Shown here piece by piece: positions 12,811 to 21,800 of a stretch of 64,000 bases of DNA (the stretch's first letter is position 1; every line of letters begins with the position of its first letter). The DNA is taken from NCBI GenBank assembly GCA_964016885.1, contig OZ024746.1, positions 58,218,001-58,282,000 on the forward strand, in the 5' to 3' direction. The DNA comes from Eledone cirrhosa. Taxonomy: Eukaryota. Below the pieces are notes generated by a model, which searched no databases, was not told the DNA's origin, and saw nothing but the letters and a program-made list of their open reading frames with translations. A program made the position numbers and the translations under genes.

Positions 12811-13072
12811 TTTCTTTATTAACCACAAGGGTTTACATAAAGTAGACATTAAGGACAGTGCAGAACAATGGAGGACGGTACAAATGGGCATTTCTGCGTG
12901 TAAAAAAAAAAAAAAACAGAGGATGTAACAAAAATAACAATGAAAATAACAATGAAAAATTCCCCAATAGGGGGGAGACTTCGGAGGGACATTTGTGGAG
13001 AAAGCCCAGTGAAAAGCCACAATGACCCTGACCACCAAGGCAAGTGCCCTCTCCCAGTTTTCCACCTTTAGT

Positions 13073-16000
13073 TTACAGATATATACTCAGAGTCGGCCCA
13101 TTCACTCGGGCCATTCTTGCTTCTCTCACCCATCTTTCAACAAAATGCTGGGAAGAGAGCACTTCCCTCTCTACTCTGATTTTCCTTTTCAAATGAAATT
13201 TGAAAAAGTCAATCAGAGCATCACCGAAGAGGTAAGTGCTCGTCTTCAGCCCTTTCAAACGTGTCCACCATACTATCTCTTTCGCCATGGCCACCAGACA
13301 GATAAAAACTGCCTGCCCTTCCCGGCTAAAGGAGGAGGGCGGGGCAATCCTCACGATGGCCTCAGATGATAGCTGGATCCGTCCTAAACGCGACAGCAGG
13401 TGTTCGACATAAACCCACAAGTCAGCAATTTTCGGACACTGGACGAGTGCGTGCAGGACGGTTTCGTCGCCCTGCGCGCATCTCGGACATGCCCGACTGA
13501 CGGCACCTCCATGCCTGTAGAGTTTATCCCGAACTGGCAAGGCTCCTCGGTAGCACTGCCAGGCCAGAGATTTCTGGAAGTTGTCCATAGGCCCTGGCCC
13601 GAAAGTTCTTCCGAAGAGATTGGCTAGTTGATTTTCGTCGACGCCTAGAGTTTCCCCAAGTACGTCGTCGCTCTTCCCCTCCACTAATCCTCTATAGAAC
13701 GCCGAGGTGGAGTTTCCACCGATCACATTGCCCGATTGGTCGAGGGCTGTGAGCGCCTGAAGACATTCCAGTCTCCAGGCGCTCCCTCTCGGTCTTCGCT
13801 TGACCCAGGACTGCAGCTCCGTCAAGGAAACGAGCTGGGGAAAAACGCGTCTAGCAAACGGCGACCACACGTGATCACCGTCGAGGAAGAGGTGGAGATG
13901 TCGTAGCCTGAGCGCGTGCCTGCGCATCATCAGCCACGGCATGCCCAGCCCCCCACGTAGCGGGTGTTGACAACAGATGGACCGCCTGACCATCGGAGCG
14001 CGTCCCTTCCACAAAAAGCGAAAGAGCAAACGCTCCAGCGCAGTCAGGCGAGGCTTAGGACAAGGTACGACGGTCAGGCGGTAGCAGATGACGGACGCGA
14101 TGTACGCGTTAGCCACCTCCGCTCGACCTTTCAGGGATAGCTTCCTCTCGGCCCATTTCTGGGTGAGAGAAGCCACCCTGCTCGTCACCTCGTCCCAGTT
14201 TTTGTCCGTCTGGAGGTCCGGACCGAACCAGACCCCTAGCAATTTAACCGGTCCGTCCGTCCAGCGTCCGACGACGCTGTTGGACGGCATGGACCTGCCT
14301 CTCCAGGTGCCGAGCTGCAGGCCCACTGACTTTTCCTGGTTGATCATTGCTCCTGTCACCGCTTCGTATTCTCTTAGTGTAGTGCCGATCGCCTCGATGT
14401 GTTTGGCGTTCGACACCACTACGGTGACATCGTCCGCATATGCTGACACGGATCTTCCGCATCCTAGTTCGCGCGGGACTCCCCTCAACGTCTCCAGTTT
14501 GTGCAGTAATGGCTCGAGAGTCAATACGTACAAGAGGGACGAGAGGGGACATCCTTGGCGGACCGAGCGCATGATGTTGAACGGTTCCGACAGGTGACCG
14601 TTCACTCTCACCACAGAGCAGATGTCGCTGTGCATGGCAGCGATCCAGCCTCTGAAGACGGGCCCAAAGCCAGCCGCCCTCAGGACTGCCGCTAGGTAAC
14701 GATGGTCGACCCTATCGAAAGCTTTCGACTGATCTAAATTGATCAAGGACCCACCCGTGCCAGGTTCCCTAGCTACCCTCTCTACGATGTATCGCATGAG
14801 GTGGAGGTTGTCGTGGATGGATCTGTCGGGAATGGCGCATGTCTGCGCCTCTCCCACCAGACCACCAACGACAAGCGCCAACCTCTTTGCTAGCACCTTG
14901 GCCAAAATCTTAAACTCTGTGTTTAGCAGAGTTATGGGCCGGAAATTGTCTATGTTATCCCCCTTGTTCGGATCCTTTCTCAGCAGTGCCACCGCTCCTC
15001 GGCTCACAGAACTGGGAATTCTCCCGTTCTGTTGCCAGTTGCAGTAGACGTCCGCCAAGAGGCCTCCGAACAAGTCTGGCATCTGTACGTAAAGTTCATA
15101 GGGCAGACCATCCAAACCAGGCGATTTACCCCTTGTGCAGCCAGTCATTGCCTCCCGTACTTCAGCGGCTGTTATCGGCTTTTCGCAACACCTCGCCTCA
15201 GTGGCCGAGAGCCGCGGCAGTCCGTCGAGGTAGACACTAAAGTCCATCCCTCTACCCGGCCCCCCGCTGCCCCCGAACAGCTGAGCGAAGTGTCGCTGAA
15301 AAGCTTCACACATTTGCCCGGGATCGAGTAGCATGCGCCCGTCGTGGTCCACCAAAGACCGGATCGTGGCATTGTTGCCACGACGCGCCTCCGCCACTCG
15401 GGCCCATTGAACGGCTTTCGTCCCCTCGTGTCTGAGAGCACGCACCCTAGCTCTGACAACGCAGCCTTCGTGCTTTGCATTGAAGAATTGGTCAAGGGCC
15501 AATTTCGCCGCAAGCACGTCGGTCGCAATGCCTTTGCTAAGCGCCTCGTCTAATTTTCTCACTAGTTCTCCCTCTGCTCTATTTTTCTCTATTGCTAAAG
15601 CCTTACTAAACCTAATCGATTCTATTCTAATCGCTCTTTTCAGAGCAAACCACCACTTGTTGTTGACGATGGCCCCCGTCAACGCCCGCTTAACTAGTTC
15701 GCTAATCCGGTCTCTGTAGGCCTTGCGCGCTGGTAAGGAGGCGTTTAGCTTCCAGTAGCCGGGTCCTCGTCTATGAAGCCTATCTAAGTCAAGCACACAG
15801 GTCACGAATTTGTGGTCCGTGTAGCTGACTATCTTGAATTGTGGACAGCCTATGCTAGACCTATCTATTTCCCTACAAAATACTCTATCTAGATATGATC
15901 TGGATGACCCTATGCGGTTTGTCCAAGTCCACATTGGCACATTCGGGAAATCCAATCGGTACCTGTCAGACAGTTCAAAACGCCTGAGCAGGTTGGTGAG

Positions 16001-16492
16001 GCTCTTGCACCCTCCACCCCTATCCGCTAATCCCACACAGTCCCAGCGTGCATCTAAGATCCCGTTCCAGTCGCCCACTAACACTAAAGAGCGGGACGTT
16101 CCAAGAAAGGTCTCCAGACGCCGGAAGAAATCAGGCCGCCCTGCTCCTGTCGGGACATAGACGGCCACTAGCCTGAAAGCTTGCCCGTCTCCGCTGGTCA
16201 CGTCCAGCACCACCAGCTTACCCTCTGGGTCCAGGAAGATGGCCCGTATGGCGAGATCCAAACCTCTCCGAAAAAGCACAGCAACTCCTCCACCCGATCC
16301 AGGACGGCTGGGAGATGCGTACACATCGTAGCCGCCGAAGATCGGTGCGAAGGCCCGTGCTTCGGAGATTCTGGTCTCGCTGATGGCCACTACATCTATG
16401 TTTAGTGACCTGAGGTCGTTGAGCAGGTGACCCTGCTTCCATGACGACCCCAAGCCACGCGCATTTATGCTGCCTATTCTGAGTGAGGTCAT
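13073..16492 (-). CDS. T1 ORF2: AP endonuclease, reverse transcriptase and C-terminal Cys-rich region (1139 aa)
   Basis: APE motifs SINARG, SET, GDWN, SYLDR, TDH; RT motifs KSPGLDG, FRPITLLN, DQSKAFDRVDH, RQGCPLS, YADD; C-terminal CPRC..ETVLHALVQC. Confidence 0.96.
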   Translation of the reverse strand: MTSLRIGSINARGLGSSWKQGHLLNDLRSLNIDVVAISETRISEARAFAPIFGGYDVYASPSRPGSGGGVAVLFRRGLDLAIRAIFLDPEGKLVVLDVTSGDGQAFRLVAVYVPTGAGRPDFFRRLETFLGTSRSLVLVGDWNGILDARWDCVGLADRGGGCKSLTNLLRRFELSDRYRLDFPNVPMWTWTNRIGSSRSYLDRVFCREIDRSSIGCPQFKIVSYTDHKFVTCVLDLDRLHRRGPGYWKLNASLPARKAYRDRISELVKRALTGAIVNNKWWFALKRAIRIESIRFSKALAIEKNRAEGELVRKLDEALSKGIATDVLAAKLALDQFFNAKHEGCVVRARVRALRHEGTKAVQWARVAEARRGNNATIRSLVDHDGRMLLDPGQMCEAFQRHFAQLFGGSGGPGRGMDFSVYLDGLPRLSATEARCCEKPITAAEVREAMTGCTRGKSPGLDGLPYELYVQMPDLFGGLLADVYCNWQQNGRIPSSVSRGAVALLRKDPNKGDNIDNFRPITLLNTEFKILAKVLAKRLALVVGGLVGEAQTCAIPDRSIHDNLHLMRYIVERVAREPGTGGSLINLDQSKAFDRVDHRYLAAVLRAAGFGPVFRGWIAAMHSDICSVVRVNGHLSEPFNIMRSVRQGCPLSSLLYVLTLEPLLHKLETLRGVPRELGCGRSVSAYADDVTVVVSNAKHIEAIGTTLREYEAVTGAMINQEKSVGLQLGTWRGRSMPSNSVVGRWTDGPVKLLGVWFGPDLQTDKNWDEVTSRVASLTQKWAERKLSLKGRAEVANAYIASVICYRLTVVPCPKPRLTALERLLFRFLWKGRAPMVRRSICCQHPLRGGLGMPWLMMRRHALRLRHLHLFLDGDHVWSPFARRVFPQLVSLTELQSWVKRRPRGSAWRLECLQALTALDQSGNVIGGNSTSAFYRGLVEGKSDDVLGETLGVDENQLANLFGRTFGPGPMDNFQKSLAWQCYRGALPVRDKLYRHGGAVSRACPRCAQGDETVLHALVQCPKIADLWVYVEHLLSRLGRIQLSSEAIVRIAPPSSFSREGQAVFICLVAMAKEIVWWTRLKGLKTSTYLFGDALIDFFKFHLKRKIRVEREVLSSQHFVERWVREARMARVNGPTLSIYL

Positions 16493-16527
16493 GTTTAAAA
16501 TAGAGTGGAAAAGATGGGAAAGACCAC

Positions 16528-18621
16528 TTACCGTACTTTTGGTAGAGGAGGGATGGTTTTTACATCCCTTTTCACTTGATCGTCTGGTGAAGGGACCGTT
16601 GAATCGTCCCTTCGGCTGGTCGTTGGCTCTTCTAAGAGAATGTCTGAGTATACTCTTCGATTGATGGTTCCTCCTAGGTCCCTGAAATCACCAACTGCGT
16701 TGGGGAATTTCGTTTTAATATTTGTGTATTGTTTCTGTGCTATTTTTAGCAGTCTTATGTTAGTTGGCGTTTTGATTGGTGCTGGTATTATGTAGTCCTG
16801 TTGTGAAATGTCTGTGTGTTCAATTATGTAAGTCATTAGTTTCTTGTTGTGTGTATTTATTGCCGTGCATTTGTTTTTCTGGGGGTGGGGTGTGGTTCTG
16901 CTATTTTCTTGTCGTTGTTGCTGGGTGTGTGTGTTTTGTTGTTGTGTTTGCGATGTTGGTGCTTGTGGTGGTGGTGTTGAAGGTGTTGTTGGCGGTGGGG
17001 TTGTCGCCGGTGGTGATGGTGGTGCTGGTGTGGGTGGTGATGGTGTTGGTGGTGTTGCTGCTGTGGGTCTCTTTGCAGTAGACTTTACCCTTTTCTCATT
17101 TCTTTCCTCCCTTTTCAAAGGCGACGATGCGCTGCTTCTGCGTTTGTGCCTTCTTGCGACCTTTTGCCATCCCTCTCCCACCTCACACTCCATGTCTGAT
17201 TCTGTAAGGTCGGGGAGGGGTACCAGCTCCACTCTTTCACTTGTTGTTGTTGGTGATGTTTGCACTGGAGTCTCTGTTGCAGCTGCATTTGGTATTGCTG
17301 TTGTTGTTGTTAATATTTCCACTGCTGCTGCTGTCTTTGATTTCCGTGGAGTGGGTATGGGTGCCACGGACCTATCGTTCCTGGTTGCCGCTTGTCCTGT
17401 TGCTGGTAGCCGTGGAGCCGGATTCGGAAGGAGGGGGGTTTTCTCCTTTCTCAGGGTCTTCTCGTTGCAGAAGGCCCTGAGGTGAGTCTTCGATCCACAG
17501 CGAAAGCATTTCGGGCGTTTGCCCTCAACACTTATGGGCAGTTGAGTGCCGTTATCGAAGTCTATCACATCCGGGATAGCTTCGATGCACTCATGGTTGG
17601 TTTGGATTAGCATCTCAATGGAGGAGCCGACCCAATCTTCTCTTACTTTTTTCTGTACTTGCAGTACAGTTGTTTTGTCCTCGATTCCGACGAGGACAGA
17701 CGCGGCCAGCCAAGAAGGGGTCATTCCGGGGGGGACGTGGGTCAGTTTGACCCTCACAATTTTTTGCCCGCAGTAGGAGGGCACCAACACCATTTCCTCG
17801 CTCCTTAGGGTCACTACTGATTGGGCCTTTGCCTCCTGGGGTGTGGCAAAAAGTACGTCTACGGTGGCGTATTTTTTGCCTCGGGTGATGTGCGTTTTCC
17901 TCTGCCACACAGACCCCAAGGCTTTTTGTATTTGGGCCTCTGTGGCTCTTTCCACCCTACGGGATTTTGTACTTACTGTACGGTACGTGACCGTACAGTG
18001 CTCTTGGGTTTCGAAAAAATTTTTCGCTGCCTTGCAGATTGCTCGGTGTCCGTTCTTTGTCACCATCTTCTTCGCTTCCTCTAATTCCTCATTTGTTATG
18101 AGGATTGTTTCCAAGTTTTTCGCAATACCTGCAAATGAGATTGGTTTTTCTCTGCTGTTGTTGTTGTCGTCAGAGCTGCTGGTACTTTTGTTGCTGCAGG
18201 TACTACGACTACTGCCTCCGCCGCTGTTGCTGTGGTTGTTGTTGGTGTTGCTGCTGCTAATGCTGTTGTTGTTTATGCTGCTGGTGATGCTGTTGCGGCT
18301 GCTACTGTTGTTTTCATTGTCACTGTTGCTGTTGTTATTACGGCTGCTACTGCTATTATTCCTGACGTCAGACGAATGAACTGGGTTTTCGTATTTCCCG
18401 CACACCTGTTTCGTCGCTGTCGTCGTCGTCGTGGAGAAACCTTGCACGCTTTGCACGAGACTTTTCTTTTCTTTCGTCACTTGCGAAAGAGAAGGGAGGG
18501 AGAGAGACACATTTAAAGAAGGGAGGGAGAGAGACAATCTTCTCTCTGCTGTAGTGATGATTGAGGAAGAAGAAGACGGAATGAGTGGGAGTGACGTATG
18601 AAATTTATTTTTGGTAGCCAT
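16528..18621 (-). CDS. T1 ORF1: nucleic-acid-binding protein with one CCHC zinc knuckle (697 aa)
   Basis: CFRCGSKTHLRAFC = CX2CX4HX4C; Asn/Ser- and Pro/Thr/Gln-rich linkers; homologous to ORF1 of the other copies. Confidence 0.9.
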   Translation of the reverse strand: MATKNKFHTSLPLIPSSSSSIITTAERRLSLSLPSLNVSLSLPSLSQVTKEKKSLVQSVQGFSTTTTTATKQVCGKYENPVHSSDVRNNSSSSRNNNSNSDNENNSSSRNSITSSINNNSISSSNTNNNHSNSGGGSSRSTCSNKSTSSSDDNNNSREKPISFAGIAKNLETILITNEELEEAKKMVTKNGHRAICKAAKNFFETQEHCTVTYRTVSTKSRRVERATEAQIQKALGSVWQRKTHITRGKKYATVDVLFATPQEAKAQSVVTLRSEEMVLVPSYCGQKIVRVKLTHVPPGMTPSWLAASVLVGIEDKTTVLQVQKKVREDWVGSSIEMLIQTNHECIEAIPDVIDFDNGTQLPISVEGKRPKCFRCGSKTHLRAFCNEKTLRKEKTPLLPNPAPRLPATGQAATRNDRSVAPIPTPRKSKTAAAVEILTTTTAIPNAAATETPVQTSPTTTSERVELVPLPDLTESDMECEVGEGWQKVARRHKRRSSASSPLKREERNEKRVKSTAKRPTAATPPTPSPPTPAPPSPPATTPPPTTPSTPPPQAPTSQTQQQNTHTQQQRQENSRTTPHPQKNKCTAINTHNKKLMTYIIEHTDISQQDYIIPAPIKTPTNIRLLKIAQKQYTNIKTKFPNAVGDFRDLGGTINRRVYSDILLEEPTTSRRDDSTVPSPDDQVKRDVKTIPPLPKVR

Positions 18622-18858
18622 GTTTTTTTGTTTAAAATGAAATTTTGGCTACAAAACCCCAATAACTGGTTATTTAACCCCGAAGGGCCAAATAACGGAC
18701 AGAAAGACCCCTCTCACGAGGAGGAGGGTGTCTTTATCAACAATTTGGTTCAAGTTTTAAACAATTTACAATTGTTTTAACGGTTAAAAATTACTATACC
18801 TTACAGAGCCGAGCCTCCGTCAACCATGGCATTCAATAATAATAATAATAATAATAAT

Positions 18859-21800
18859 GTTTTCTTTATTAACCACAAGGGTTTACATAACGCAGACATT
18901 AAGGACAGTACAGGACAATACAGGACGGTACAGATGGGCATTTCTGCGTGTAAAAAACAAAAACAGAGGATGTAACAAAAAATAACAATGACAAATTCCC
19001 CAATAGGGGGGAGACTTCGGAGGGACATTTGTGGAGAAAGCCCAGTAGAAGGCCACAGTGACCCTGACCACCAAGGCAAGTGCCCTCTCCCAGTTTTCCA
19101 CCTTTAATTTACAGATACATACTCAGAGTAGGCCCATTCACTCGGGCCATTCTTGCTTCTCTCACCCATCTTTCAACAAAATGCTGGGAAGAGAGCACTT
19201 CCCTCTCTACTCTTATTTTCCTTTTCAAATCAAATTTGAAAAAGTCAATCAAGGCATCACGAAGAGGTAAGTGCTCGTCTTCAGCCCTTTCAAACGTGTC
19301 CACCATACTATCTCTTTTGCCATGGCCACCAGACAGATAAAAACTGCCTGCCCTTGCCGGCTAAATGAAGAGAGTGGAGCAATCCTCACGATGGACTCAT
19401 ATGATAGCCGGATCCGTCCTACAGGCGACAACAGGTGTTCGACATAAACCCACAAGGTAGCAATTTTCGGACACTGGACGAGTGCGTGCAGGACGGTTTC
19501 GTCGCCCTGCGCGCATCTCGGACAAGCCCGGCTGACGGCACCTCCATGCCTGTAGAGTTTATCTCGAACTGGCGAGGCTCCTCGGTAGCACTGCCAGGCG
19601 AGAGATTTCTGGAAGTTGTCCATAGGCCCCGGCCCGAAAGTTCTTCCGAAGAGATTGGCTAGTTGATTTTCGTCGACGCCTAGAGTTTCCACAAGTACGT
19701 CGTCGCTATTCCCCTCCACTAATCCTCTATAGAACGCCGAGATGGAGTTTCCACCGATCACATTGCCCGATTGGCCAAGGGCTGTGAGCGCCTGAAGACA
19801 TTCCAGTCTCCAAGCGCTCCCTCTCGGTCTTCGCTTGACCCACGACTGCAGCTTCGTGAAGGAAACGAGTTGGGGAAATACGTGTCTAACAAACGTCGAC
19901 CACATCTGATCACCGTCGAGGAAGAGGTGGAGATGTCGTACCTGAGCCCGTGTCTGCGCATCATCAGCCACGGCATGCCCAGCCCTTTACGTAGCGGGTG
20001 TTGACAACAGATGGACCGCCTGACCATCGGAGCGCGTCCCTTCCAGAAAAAGCGAAAGAGCAAACGCTCCAGCGCAATCAGGCGGGGCTTAGGACAAGGT
20101 ACGACGGTCAGGCGGTAGCAGATAACGGACGCGATGTACGCGTTAGCCACCTCCGCTCGACCTTTCAGGGATAGCTTCCTCTCGGCCTATTTCTGGGTGA
20201 GAGAAGCCACCCTGCTCGTCACCTCGTCCAAGTTTTTGTCCGTCTGGAGGCCCGGACCAAAACAGACCCCAAGCAATTTAACAGGCCCGTCCAGCGTCTG
20301 AAGATGCTGTTGGACGGCATGGACCTGCCTCTCCAGGTGCCGAGCTGCAGGCCCACTGACTTTTCCTGGTTGATCATTGCCCCTGTCACCGCTTCGTATT
20401 CTCTTAGTGTAGTGCCGATCGCCTCGATGTGTTTGGCGTTCGACACCACTACGGTGACATCGTGCGCATATGCTGACACGGATCTTCCGCATCCTAGTTC
20501 GCGCGGGACGCCCCTCAACGTCTCCAGTTTGTGCAGTAATGACTCGAGAGTCAATACGTACAAGATGGACGAGCGCAAGATGTTGAACGGTTCCGAAAGG
20601 TGACCGTTCACTCTCACTACAGAGCAGATGTCGCTGTGCATGCACAGCGATCCAGCCTCTGAAGACGGGCCCAAAGCCAGCCTCCCTCGGGACTGCCACT
20701 AGGTAACGATGGTCGACCCTATCGAAAGCTTTCGAGTGATCTAAATTGATCAAGGACCCACCCGTGCCAGGTTCCCTAGCTACCCTCTCTATACGATGTA
20801 TCGCATGAAGTGGAGGTTGTCGTGGATGGATCTCCCACCAGCCCACCAACGACAAACGCCAACCTCTTTGCTAGCACCTTGGCCAAAATCTTGAACTTAT
20901 GGGCCTGAAATTATCTATGATATCCCCGTTGTTCGGATCCTTTCTCAGCAGTGCCACCGCACCACGGCTCACAGAGCTGGGAATTCTCCCGTTGTGTTGC
21001 CAGTTGCTGTAAACGTCCGCCAAGAGGCCTCCGAACAAGTCTGGCATCTGTACGTAAAGTTCATAGGGCAGACCATCCAAAACAGGCGATTTACCCCTTG
21101 TGCAGCCAGTCATTGCCTCCCGTACTTCAGCGGCTGTTATCGGCTTTTCACAACACTCCGACTCAATGGCCGAGAGCGGCGGCAGTCCGTCGAGGTAGAC
21201 ACTAAAGTCCATCCCTCGATCATGCCCGCCGCTGCCCCCGAACAGTTGAGCGAAGTGTCGCTGAAAAGCTTCACACATTTGCCCGGGATCGAGTAGCATG
21301 CGCCCGTCGTGGTCCACCAAAGACCGGTTCGTGGCTTTGTTGCCACGTAGCGCCTCCGCCACTCGGGCCCATTGAACGGCTTTCGTCCCCTCGTGTCTGA
21401 GAGCACGCACCCTAGCTCTGACCACGCAGCCTTCGTGCTTTGCATTGAAGAATTGTTCAAGGTCCAATTTCGCCGGAAGTACGTCGGTCGCGATGCCTTT
21501 GCTAAGCGCCTCGTCTCATTTTCTAACTAGTTCTCCCCCTGCTCTATTTTTGTCTATAGCTAAAGCCTTACTAAACCTAATGGACTCTATTCTAATCGCT
21601 CTTTTCAGAACAAACCACCACTTGTTGTTGACGATGGCCTCCGACAACGCCCGCTTAACTAGTTCGCTAATCCGGTCTCTGTAGGCCTTACGCGCTGGTA
21701 AGCACGCGTTTAGCTTCCATTAGCCGGGTCCTCGTGTATGAAGACTATCTAAGTCAAGCACACAGATCACGAATTTGTGGTCGGGCAGCTGACTATCTTG

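Larger units (their letters stand above)
12809..18834 (-). mobile_element. Full-length Tx1/L1-clade retrotransposon copy T1 (ORF1 type A), both ORFs open
   Basis: ~6.0 kb: 5' UTR, ORF1, 35-nt spacer, ORF2, 3' UTR with AATAAA; (AAT)n at both ends. Confidence 0.95.

Noticed and set aside
14088-16160. Recurrent antisense ORFs inside Tx1 ORF2
   Set aside because: Shadows of a GC-rich coding strand; recurrence only reflects copy similarity
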